Source: an uncultured bacterium (GTDB lineage Bacteria > Bdellovibrionota_C > UBA2361 > JANWWW01). Taken from it: a DNA stretch of 64,000 nt. Positions 1-8,246 of this stretch are shown here, piece by piece. Every line of letters starts with the position of its first letter. Position 1 is the first letter of the stretch. The translations under genes and the position numbers were made by a program. The stretch covers positions 211-64,210 of the forward strand of contig CALHSA010000001.1 of the NCBI GenBank assembly GCA_938038205.1. Direction: 5' to 3'. Below the pieces are notes generated by a model. That model was given only the letters and a program-made list of their open reading frames with translations. It did no database searches and was not told where the DNA came from.

Positions 1-456
1 CGCTTAAGAAATTTTTTATAGAATTGACTAATTATTCACAAAAAAAACTAATAGGAATTTTTGTGATAAATCGAAAATGATACCGGTTTAAATCAGACAT
101 CTAAATTATCTAACAAAATTATAAATTAAATTCAGTTAAACTTTTGCCAAGTTAAATTACTTTTATAAATTTATATCTTGCTTGTAATATCAGAGCACTT
201 ACAGGTAGCAACTATGTGTTTAAATTGCATAATTCTCAAACAGTTTTTCTCAAATTTGAAAAATTAAAAACAAGATTGAAAAACGGAACAATGGTATCGT
301 TAAAATAAAATGCTTTAAAACTTATGAGGTTAGTTTATGAATTAAGCTCTTAAGTTTTTTAAACATAAAACTTTATAACATCCTTATCTGGGTAATTGAT
401 TATTAGCTTTAGACAAAACTTTTTTAGTAAACGCTTTATATTTGAATTATTGTTTT

Positions 457-1623
457 TTACACCTTCCTTTTTTTCCTATTATGTTGAGCAAGTTTTATTA
501 AATTGTTAACGTTCAAATAGCATCCTTCGTTAACGAACTCTTTTAATTTTTGAACTTTCAAACAGCTTTGTGCCAGTGCTAGTGTTGCTTCTTTATAACC
601 TGCTTTTGGATTGATACCGAAATAAATTGCTAAAGCTCCTGATACCATTGGGGCTGCCATTGAAGTGCCAGAGGCCATTACATACTTGTTATTTGGAAAT
701 AGGCTAATAACATTCTCTCCTGGTGCCATTATCGAAATATTACGCCCATAGTTTGAGAATCTAGATATTTGAGCAGTTTTAGATTTCGGATCGTAAAAAC
801 CAGAGGCTACAGCGATAATATTTCTTAAGCCGTAATTTGCTGGGTAAACTGGGCTAGTTTTTAAATTCGAGGAGTAGTTACCAGCTGCAGCTACAATTAT
901 TACCCCTTTCCTGCCTAACTCCCTAATTGCTTGATATTCAAGATCAGAGAAATTTTCTCCTCCAAATGATGCATTAATTACTTTTATTGGATAACCAACA
1001 TCAATTAACCAAGAGATATAAGCGTAAGCAGTTAAAATTGAGCTCAAAAAAATTGTACCATCAGTTGTAACTTTTATTGGAATAATTATGCTATTTTTTG
1101 ACACCCCAACAATGCCTTTCTGATTGAAGCCTTTTGCTGCAATTATTCCGCTTACATGAGTGCCATGGCCGATGGTATCCACAACTGAGTCGCTGGAATC
1201 CCACCCAGTTAAAAAATTTTCAGCATTAAAAGCTAAGTTTTTGTTAACCCGACCTTTTATATCTTCATGATCAGTGTCTAAGCCTGTATCCACTACAGCA
1301 ACAAGGGTTTTTCTTAGTTTACTAAGGTGTAGAGCTTTTACCGCATTGATTGATCTAAAAATTGATTTAATCTCTGGCCAGTAAAAATCGTTTGGTTCTG
1401 AGAATAAACGGTACTCCGTATCCAGCTCACAGTTTGCTTTAGTGATAATACTAATAAGCTCTGGTGAGCTAGTGTTAATAACTTTTACAAAGCCTAACCC
1501 TATGGATTGAGCCTTAATCCCTGAAATAACTATTGTTTGAAGGAAAGAGCTTCTTAGTTCAGGTTTTAAACAAATAACATCAGCAATTAAAACGGCAATT
1601 ATGGCCAGGAAAAAGGCTCTCAT
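457..1623 (-). CDS. Secreted subtilisin-like serine protease (peptidase S8)
   Basis: Catalytic triad motifs are present: VAVVDTGLDTDHEDI (Asp), HGTHVSGIIAA (His), SGTSMAAPMVSGALA (Ser). The N-terminus is a hydrophobic signal-like segment. Confidence 0.9.
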   Translation of the reverse strand: MRAFFLAIIAVLIADVICLKPELRSSFLQTIVISGIKAQSIGLGFVKVINTSSPELISIITKANCELDTEYRLFSEPNDFYWPEIKSIFRSINAVKALHLSKLRKTLVAVVDTGLDTDHEDIKGRVNKNLAFNAENFLTGWDSSDSVVDTIGHGTHVSGIIAAKGFNQKGIVGVSKNSIIIPIKVTTDGTIFLSSILTAYAYISWLIDVGYPIKVINASFGGENFSDLEYQAIRELGRKGVIIVAAAGNYSSNLKTSPVYPANYGLRNIIAVASGFYDPKSKTAQISRFSNYGRNISIMAPGENVISLFPNNKYVMASGTSMAAPMVSGALAIYFGINPKAGYKEATLALAQSCLKVQKLKEFVNEGCYLNVNNLIKLAQHNRKKRKV

Positions 1624-1682
1624 AGGATTGTTATTCTATTTTGTTTTAAAAGTGGCCTCGTTTTATTTAGACATCTGTAAAT

Positions 1683-2150
1683 TTAGTTGTGCCTAAAATG
1701 TACCCTTCTATTTGTGGCATGATCTTCCTCAGAGTTACCTAAAGCTACTGGCATATCTGATCCATAACTTACAGTTTTGAGTCTTGTTGAGGATATACCA
1801 TTCATAATTAGCCAATTTCTAACCGAATTCGCTCTTCTTTGCCCTAGAGCATAATTATACTCTTTAGTTCCTCTTACATCACAATGGCCCTCAAGGGTAA
1901 CTATCAGATTTGGTTGCTGATTAAGCACCATCAGATTGTAATTCAAATCTTCAATAGCTCTAGGGTTTAATTCTGCAGAGTCAAAATCAAAGTAAATGTT
2001 ACGAAATAAACCAAGCCCTTGATCAAGATCTAGAGGAATATTTGACCCAACAGCTAAATCTCTCTCTGAAATTCCTGAGTCCTTACCTGATGTATTAATT
2101 TTTGAGCAGCTCACGATAATAGAAAGAAGTAAGGTTAAAATTATTCGCAT
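1683..2150 (-). CDS. pal: Peptidoglycan-associated lipoprotein, OmpA-family C-terminal domain (Pal-like)
   Basis: OmpA-like motif: FDFDSAEL...LEGHCDVRGTKEYNYALGQRRANSV. Lipobox is SIIVSC. The likely start is the internal Met (MRIILTLLL) at 2150 rather than the ORF-track start at 2168. Confidence 0.8.
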   Translation of the reverse strand: MRIILTLLLSIIVSCSKINTSGKDSGISERDLAVGSNIPLDLDQGLGLFRNIYFDFDSAELNPRAIEDLNYNLMVLNQQPNLIVTLEGHCDVRGTKEYNYALGQRRANSVRNWLIMNGISSTRLKTVSYGSDMPVALGNSEEDHATNRRVHFRHN

Positions 2151-2208
2151 AGGAAAAAATTCTAACAAACAAATTATGTTTTTTTAATAGTTTTTATATA
2201 CTTCATAC

Positions 2209-3507
2209 ATGGATTTAGACAATCTGGCTAAATTTATATCTTTCAAGAGTATTAGCACTGACTCAAGGTATGATGATGAATTAAAGGAGTGTTGCAAATG
2301 GCTGGCTAACTATCTTTCAACTTTTTGCGATCAAGTTAAGATTTTCGATACAGCTGGGAAGCCAGTTATTCTTGCTTTTTGTGGTGATGGATCTCCTGTA
2401 ATTCAATATGGTCACTATGATGTTCAACCAGCAAGTCTTTCAGATGGTTGGAATACTGATCCGTTCTGTTTAGTAGAGAAAAATGGGAGGATTTATGCTC
2501 GCGGTGCACAAGATAACAAAGGACAGCTTTGGTATGCTATTCAGGCCGTCAAAACTTTGAAAAGTAGAGGCCTTTTGAAAGGAAAAGTGATTTTTTTCAT
2601 AGAGGGTGAGGAGGAGTCTGGTGGTCATGGCTCACACGAGTTTTTAAAAAAAAATGGAAAGGATTTATTTAAAGATGCAAAGGTTGCATACATAACAGAC
2701 TCAGGAGGTCTTACTGAAAATATTGAATCAGTAACGGTTGGTGTTAGAGGAATAGGTACTATTGAGCTGATTCTTAAAGGGGCAGGTTATGATTTACACT
2801 CAGGCGTTCATGGGGGGCTTGCTCCAAATCCTATATTTTGTGGAGCAAAACTTCTTTCTAATTTAAGCCCTGAAAATTACTCAAAAATTACAGGATTTTT
2901 GGATGAATATAAAGCTCCAACTGAGGAAGAGCTTAAAATAGCCAGTAATTTTAATCTATCAGGTAAGGCTTACTCTGATCTACTCAAATTACAGAAACCG
3001 ATTAATTCCTTACAGGTACCCTTCCTGGCAATAGGTTTAATACCTAGGATTGAGTGTATAGGTTTTCATGGAGGATACTCCGGAGATGGAATTAAGAATA
3101 TAATTCCGAGCTCTTGTCGTATTAAATTGTCAGTTAGAACTGCTTTTGATCAGAAAACTGAGAATGCTTTATCTGCTATTGTAAATTATATAAAGCAATT
3201 AGATCTGGAGAGTGCTGTAGAGGTTGTATTTGCTGAGTCTCATGGAAATCCAGTTAAAATACAGTTAGAAAATGAGGATTTAAAAAATTTAATTCGAATC
3301 ATTGAGGAGGTTACTGGGCATACAGTTTTGCCTCAATGGTGTGGAGCCTCCATTCCAATAGTGGAAGTGTTCTCGAGTTTAAACTTAACTCCTTTAATGT
3401 TTGGTTTTGGTTTAGAGGAAGATCAAATTCATGGTCCAAATGAGTCTTTTAGCCTTAGTCAGTTTGAGAAAGGTTTTAGGGTGATGTTAAAAATATTCGG
3501 CGGTTAA
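2209..3507 (+). CDS. M20 family metallopeptidase / dipeptidase (ArgE/DapE/CPG2-like)
   Basis: Motifs: GHYDVQPA...GWNTDPF, GRIYARGAQDNKGQ, EGEEESGG. These are typical M20 metal-binding and dimerisation-domain features. Confidence 0.85.
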   Translation: MDLDNLAKFISFKSISTDSRYDDELKECCKWLANYLSTFCDQVKIFDTAGKPVILAFCGDGSPVIQYGHYDVQPASLSDGWNTDPFCLVEKNGRIYARGAQDNKGQLWYAIQAVKTLKSRGLLKGKVIFFIEGEEESGGHGSHEFLKKNGKDLFKDAKVAYITDSGGLTENIESVTVGVRGIGTIELILKGAGYDLHSGVHGGLAPNPIFCGAKLLSNLSPENYSKITGFLDEYKAPTEEELKIASNFNLSGKAYSDLLKLQKPINSLQVPFLAIGLIPRIECIGFHGGYSGDGIKNIIPSSCRIKLSVRTAFDQKTENALSAIVNYIKQLDLESAVEVVFAESHGNPVKIQLENEDLKNLIRIIEEVTGHTVLPQWCGASIPIVEVFSSLNLTPLMFGFGLEEDQIHGPNESFSLSQFEKGFRVMLKIFGG

Positions 3508-3549
3508 GCTAACTTTCCTCACTCCTTTTCGATTACAACAAAGAGTAAA

Positions 3550-4200
3550 ATGTCTGCGGCTGTGGTTGAAAAAGGAGCTGTATCTGAGGGCTTGGAGCTA
3601 TGCAAAAAAATAGTGAATGTAATAATAAAAAGATTTGGAATTGATACGAGTTTATACGATGACTTGCTTGGAGCTGCTCAGTTGGGTCTGGCTGAGGCCA
3701 TTAAGCGATATGATTCTTCAAGAGGTGTTGATTTTCTGAGTTTTGCAGCTCTGAGAATTAGAGGGTCGTGCTTAGATTATCTTCGGACCTGCACTCATCT
3801 TGGGCCCAAAGGTTACAAGTTAGCCAAAGCTTTAAAATTATTTCAAGAATATCAAGAGCAAACTTACAGCAAAGGGATTCAAGCCTCTGACTTGATTTGC
3901 ATTGGGGCACTAACTTGGAAAATAACGGTTGAAAAAGATGAGTTAGAGAGAAAACCAACTGAAGAATCTGACCCTGATGCAGAGCTTGAAAAAAAGGAGG
4001 TCACTAAAATTATAAAAGAAATTGTTAAAACTCTTCCTAAACTTTATCGAGATATTTACTCAGCGTGCTACGAGGGAGATATGTCCTTTGCTGATTTTGC
4101 TAGAGGGAGGAGAGTTACAAAAGCTAGTATCTCTAAGGCTCACAAACGAATGCTCGAAATTATTAGAAGCAAACTGTATGAAGCTGGTTATTTTAATTAG
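3550..4200 (+). CDS. Sigma-70 family RNA polymerase sigma factor, FliA/WhiG (sigma-28)-like
   Basis: Region 2 reads LGLAEAIKRYDSSRGVDFLSFAALRIRGSCLDYLR; the RIRGxxxDxLR pattern is typical of FliA-type sigmas. A C-terminal region 4-like HTH is present (RRVTKASISKAHKRMLEII). It is the first gene of the T3SS-like cluster. Confidence 0.75.
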   Translation: MSAAVVEKGAVSEGLELCKKIVNVIIKRFGIDTSLYDDLLGAAQLGLAEAIKRYDSSRGVDFLSFAALRIRGSCLDYLRTCTHLGPKGYKLAKALKLFQEYQEQTYSKGIQASDLICIGALTWKITVEKDELERKPTEESDPDAELEKKEVTKIIKEIVKTLPKLYRDIYSACYEGDMSFADFARGRRVTKASISKAHKRMLEIIRSKLYEAGYFN

Positions 4201-4858
4201 TGCAATATTTTTCCTTGGTTGCAAGGTTTCTTTGCTAAGTTCGTTAAGTGAAGCAGATGCGAATTATGTGCTCCTTTATTTGAGAAAAGCGGGTGTATCT
4301 GCTGAAAAAGTAGGTAAAAATTCAAAGTTTGAGATCAAAGTTCCTGAATCTCAAGTGACTTTAGCATTAGAGGTTATTAATAAGATTAAAATCTACTCAC
4401 ATGATAATTCATTTAAAAAGAACGCTAAGAGCTCTAAAGAGGAAGAAAATTTTTATCTGGAAAGACTCCTTGCAAAAGAACTTGAAGAAACAATCAGGAA
4501 TTTACCTGGGGTAAAAATTGCTCGGGTACATTTATTCTCCCCAAAATATGATTCTTTAGCATTAAAAAAGTTGGAGCTTGATAACTCAAAAGCTGCTGCA
4601 TTAGTTATAACTTCTAAAATTGATGAGATTGAGCCAGAGAAAATTAAAACAATAATTAGTGGAGCAAGTGGGATTCCAGAGAGCAAAATTCAAGTGAATA
4701 TCATGTTCTCTCCTGATTTAGAATTTGAGAACCTTTCAAATTCGGCACCGATTTCACGCTTTTTCACGTTTTCTATCTCTCATTTTTTCACCCTTGTAGC
4801 TCTTTTCTTTGGTTGCTTTGGTTTATATTATGTCTTTAGAAGAACTCCGAAGATTTAA
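4178..4858 (+). CDS. sctJ: T3SS inner-membrane ring lipoprotein, SctJ (YscJ/PrgK/HrcJ) family
   Basis: The N-terminus [44 protein letters not shown] parallels the remembered YscJ ...[45 protein letters not shown] parallels GVLVARVHVVLP. A C-terminal TM helix follows. The start is taken at the internal ATG (4178), just before the lipobox. Confidence 0.85.
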   Translation: [226 protein letters not shown]

Positions 4859-5069
4859 AAATAAGCTGGTTTTAAATTACAACGATGATATCAGTGATCA
4901 AGATATCGTGTACTTAATTCTTTCTCTCCTATTTAATCAGGTTAAAATTACGCAAATTAGGGAGATTGAGTTAGCCTTTCTACTTTGGCTAAGCAAGCGC
5001 TCTCCAGAGAGTATTTTTGAGATTCTTAAAGTTTTGAATAATCAACTTGTTTGCGATGGAGACTGCTGA
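4830..5069 (+). CDS. Hypothetical small protein within the T3SS-like cluster
   Basis: ORF between sctJ and the SpoA-domain gene. ATG at 4830 (MSLEELRRF...). It overlaps both neighbours, consistent with one operon. No recognisable motif. Confidence 0.4.
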   Translation: MSLEELRRFKNKLVLNYNDDISDQDIVYLILSLLFNQVKITQIREIELAFLLWLSKRSPESIFEILKVLNNQLVCDGDC

Positions 5070-5745
5070 GGAGAAAGCGCTATCTGTTTTTCTTTCAAAA
5101 CTTTTCAAACAAAAAATAGCGGTTTTTTCAAGTGTTGCTAATTATACGCGGTTTAAAACACCAGCTTTTTTTGATCACGAAGGCCAGTTGCTTACAGCAG
5201 GAGATCTAATTGTAGCTTTTAGAGCGGCAAATGGCTTGTCGAAATGCGTTAAATATGTGACTTTTGATTCATTAAAAGAGTTAGCTTTTTTCAATATCTT
5301 TTTTGTCGAGTCAAAGATTGATACCAGTTTATGGATAGCGAATGATATTTTAAATTGTCTTGTTGAACAAATTAATTGGGAAAAAGTAGAGACGAGAGGA
5401 CGTTACTTTGCGAGATTATGGAAATCTAAAAATTTTTTAATTTTGGAGGTTAACGATCACCTCTATCTTTCGAAATTCTCTTTAGAGTGGTTAATCGTTA
5501 TGAAAGAAGCGAATTTAAGAGATGTTAAATTGGAAGTATTACTAGGAAATTTAGAATTGACTTTAGAAGAATATGAGAGCCTTAAACCGGGGTCAAAAAT
5601 TAAAATTTCTAATTTTCTTGAGCTTGAGTGTTTACTTAAAGCGGCTGACGTAGAGCTTGGCAAAGGTATAATTGAGCTTACTGAGGATGGTGCAAATCTG
5701 AAAATTTCAAGGTTAGACAAATCAATTTTTTTTAATGATTTATAG
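5056..5745 (+). CDS. sctQ: T3SS cytoplasmic sorting-platform / C-ring protein, SctQ/FliN family (C-terminal SpoA domain)
   Basis: The C-terminus VKLEVLLGNLELTLEEYESLKPGSKIKISNFLELECLLKAADVELGKGIIELTEDGANLKISRL matches the FliN/YscQ SpoA pattern (V.L.V.LG...lTl.El..L..Gs.i.L...G..V....k.gvrI). Confidence 0.65.
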   Translation: METAEEKALSVFLSKLFKQKIAVFSSVANYTRFKTPAFFDHEGQLLTAGDLIVAFRAANGLSKCVKYVTFDSLKELAFFNIFFVESKIDTSLWIANDILNCLVEQINWEKVETRGRYFARLWKSKNFLILEVNDHLYLSKFSLEWLIVMKEANLRDVKLEVLLGNLELTLEEYESLKPGSKIKISNFLELECLLKAADVELGKGIIELTEDGANLKISRLDKSIFFNDL

Positions 5746-5747
5746 CT

Positions 5748-6032
5748 ATGAAAGTTAATGGAATACCATCTGTTCAATCATTAACAGCATTAAGATCAGT
5801 CAAGCTTACATCTGGAAGTGCAAGTTTAAATATTCCAGGTGTAGTAAATCAGGTGCTTGATGGCGCCTCTAACATTTTGAGAGGTATTAATTTACCTCTT
5901 GAAATAAGCCAGCTGCTTCAAGAGCAGTTTAGGATGCAAATGATAATGCTTAACACTAACCTAATAAGCAACATCTCTAAAACAAAGCATGAAGCTAGTA
6001 TGGCCCCAGTTAGAAATATAAGAAGCGGATAA
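5748..6032 (+). CDS. sctF: Candidate T3SS needle filament protein (SctF-like)
   Basis: 94 aa. The C-terminus SNISKTKHEASMAPVRNIRSG has the same spacing as the remembered PrgI/MxiH ends: SN-x2-K-x9-[IV]-[QR]-N-[FI]-R. A preceding QLLxE helix resembles the MxiH QLLAEY helix. Its stop overlaps the sctV start (TAATG). Confidence 0.55.
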   Translation: MKVNGIPSVQSLTALRSVKLTSGSASLNIPGVVNQVLDGASNILRGINLPLEISQLLQEQFRMQMIMLNTNLISNISKTKHEASMAPVRNIRSG

Positions 6033-7801
6033 TGGCTGAAACAACTACAGTTGCAGTTCTACTTGTGGCGGTGCTGGGATTAATAACTCCAGTACCGCCC
6101 TTTTTACTTGATTTTTTTGTAGTTGCGAATCTGCTTTTAGGCATTTTAAGTCTAATTCTTAGTGTTTCTATTAGGGATATTCTTCAATTAAGTTCTTTTC
6201 CAGCCATTCTGTTGACCAATACAATTTTTAGAGTTTGTTTAAGTATTGCTATAACTCGTAGTATTTTGGGAGAGGCTGAGGCTGGAGAAATAGTGAAGAT
6301 TTTTGGGGAAACCCTCTTAGGTGGGAACGTAATACTGGGTATCGTGGTTTATTGTTTAATTACAATTATTCAGTTTTTTGTGATTTCCAAGGGAGGAGAA
6401 AGAGTTGCTGAGGTATCTGCTCGATTTACCCTAGATTCATTACCAGGAAGGCAAATGTCGATTGATGCAGATGTCAGGATGGGGCTTATTGATCCTGAGG
6501 AAGCAAAAAGAAAAAGAGTGGAGCTACAAAATGAGAGTAGGTTTTATGGGGCTCTTGATGGAACAATGAAGTTTGTAAAAGGAGATGCAATAGCCGGAAT
6601 TCTGATCGTTATAGTAAACCTTATTGGAGGTATTGCAATTGGAATCTTAATGCATGATATGGGATTTGAGGAAGCAGTAGCTACTTTCTCTACCTTAAGT
6701 ATTGGAGAGGGATTAGTAAACCAAATTCCTAGTTTTTTAAATGGGTTATCTGCTGGATTTTTGGTTAGCAGAGTAGAGAGAGAGTCTAGTAGCAGCTTAA
6801 GTTCTTTAATCTTTAATCAGCTTGTAACACCTATTAAGCCTAAAGTTATACTTGGATGTTTATGCTTAACTGTACCATTTATCTCCCCGATGCCTTTAGG
6901 TTTATTTTCCACGCTAGGGGTAGGGCTCTTATTATGGTCACTGATTCAACAAACCATTAATCGTAGGTTAACAGAGATAAATTTTCATAACTTTAATCCA
7001 AGCTTAGGTAATCTGCTTACAGTTAAAATACCAAAGAATGCTAATTTTACTCCCGATTTCTCAGAACTTGTTAGACAAGCGATTTTTGATACCTTTGGAA
7101 TTCCAATACTTCGAAGTGCTTTTGTTAATGGGGGAGATGATTTAGAGGTGTTTGTAAGAGATAAGCATGTGGCAACTATAAAAATTACTAGTCAGGAGGA
7201 TACAATTAAGGAGATTGTAACCAGTTTAAAACCACATATATCAAAGCTTGTTGAGGAAAGGTCAATTCAATATTTATATTCTCTTTATGAGACTGGCCGA
7301 GGCACTTTCAATAATGAGCAAACTATCTCTTTGTTTAAAGTCAAAGAAATTGTGCAGACCCTTTTAAAAGATGGAGTTTATCTTTCTCCTTTAGATGTAG
7401 CACTAGAGACACTATTTAATCTTCCTGGCAACATCGATATTGATGATGGGGCCCAAGAGGTTAGGAAAAGAATCCTACCCTACAAATTATCCGGTGAACA
7501 GAATCTAATAGTTTACATGCTTGATCAAAAGGAGTCAGTTGAATTAGAGGAAATGCTAACATCTTGCTCAGTTCTACCATTCAATGTCGTAAAAATCTTA
7601 AAAGAGATTCTCCCTGATGAGGAAAACGTAGTTTTGATTTGCTTTAGACAAACTGCAATTTATCTAAGGAAGGTATTAGGAATGAAAAATGTCAAAATTC
7701 TCTCAACGGAAGAGGTTCCTGATTCTATGAATTTCGAAGTCGTGAATAAAGTTAAACTTGGGGTTGAAGATCATGATTTTACATCTACTGCTTCTTATTA
7801 G
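6032..7801 (+). CDS. sctV: T3SS export-gate protein, FHIPEP family (SctV/FlhA); residue pattern looks injectisome-like
   Basis: Core motif: GGERVAEVSARFTLDSLPGRQMSIDADVRMGLIDPEEAKRKRVELQNESRFYGALDGTMKFVKGDAIAGILIVIVNLIGG. The QMSID and MKFVKGDAIAG variants resemble remembered YscV/LcrD more than E. coli FlhA (QMAID, SKFVRGDAIAG). At 589 aa it is short for the family. Confidence 0.9.
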   Translation: MAETTTVAVLLVAVLGLITPVPPFLLDFFVVANLLLGILSLILSVSIRDILQLSSFPAILLTNTIFRVCLSIAITRSILGEAEAGEIVKIFGETLLGGNVILGIVVYCLITIIQFFVISKGGERVAEVSARFTLDSLPGRQMSIDADVRMGLIDPEEAKRKRVELQNESRFYGALDGTMKFVKGDAIAGILIVIVNLIGGIAIGILMHDMGFEEAVATFSTLSIGEGLVNQIPSFLNGLSAGFLVSRVERESSSSLSSLIFNQLVTPIKPKVILGCLCLTVPFISPMPLGLFSTLGVGLLLWSLIQQTINRRLTEINFHNFNPSLGNLLTVKIPKNANFTPDFSELVRQAIFDTFGIPILRSAFVNGGDDLEVFVRDKHVATIKITSQEDTIKEIVTSLKPHISKLVEERSIQYLYSLYETGRGTFNNEQTISLFKVKEIVQTLLKDGVYLSPLDVALETLFNLPGNIDIDDGAQEVRKRILPYKLSGEQNLIVYMLDQKESVELEEMLTSCSVLPFNVVKILKEILPDEENVVLICFRQTAIYLRKVLGMKNVKILSTEEVPDSMNFEVVNKVKLGVEDHDFTSTASY

Positions 7802-8246
7802 TTCATTTTTTTTATTGATAGGCTGTTCTAGCATTCAGAACACTGGAGTTGATTTAAGGTTAATTTATCTTGATGATTATTTAAACAATGCTAATAGCGA
7901 GTATTTAGTTGGAAATTATGAGAGAGCAGAACTCCTGGCAAGAAAGGCGTTGAGTTTGGATAACTGTAATTCACTCGCCCTGGATATTATAGGGCTGTGT
8001 AGAATAAAAAATGACGATATTGAGGAGGCAGAGAGGAATTTTTACGAAGCAATTAGGTGTAATCCCTTATATCATAAAGGCTATACGCATTTAGCTGTGG
8101 TTTACCATTTAAAGGGTGATCGTGAATCTGCATGGAAACTTTTGCAAAAAGCTTACGATATCAATCCTATGGATATGGAAATAGATGAGGTAAAAGTATT
8201 TCTTTTAAAATCTGAAAATGATTTAGAGGTAGCTTATGAAAACTAA
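7758..8246 (+). CDS. TPR-repeat lipoprotein
   Basis: Signal peptide plus lipobox (LLLISSFFLLIGCSS). About three TPR-like units follow (YERAELLARKALSLD..., AERNFYEAIRCNP..., ESAWKLLQKAYDINP). An alternative ATG lies at 7773. The 5' end overlaps the sctV 3' end. Confidence 0.7.
   Translation: MGLKIMILHLLLLISSFFLLIGCSSIQNTGVDLRLIYLDDYLNNANSEYLVGNYERAELLARKALSLDNCNSLALDIIGLCRIKNDDIEEAERNFYEAIRCNPLYHKGYTHLAVVYHLKGDRESAWKLLQKAYDINPMDMEIDEVKVFLLKSENDLEVAYEN

Noticed and set aside
1-456. A 456-bp AT-rich stretch without an ORF at the window start, considered as a possible sRNA, origin or mobile-element remnant
   Set aside because: By eye I found no repeats, no DnaA-box clusters (TTATCCACA-like), no inverted termini and no GC-rich stems. 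It is most simply a 3' intergenic region downstream of the S8 protease gene, cut off at the window edge.
4022-4177. N-terminal 52-codon extension of the sctJ ORF in the track
   Set aside because: It overlaps the sigma-factor 3' end in another frame. The internal ATG at 4178 yields a canonical signal peptide plus lipobox, as in YscJ.
3758-5777. Minus-strand ORFs 3758-3958, 4453-4686 and 5463-5777, antisense to the sigma, sctJ and sctQ-like genes
   Set aside because: They lie entirely inside better-supported plus-strand genes and have low-complexity translations with no motifs. They are typical shadow ORFs of AT-rich DNA.
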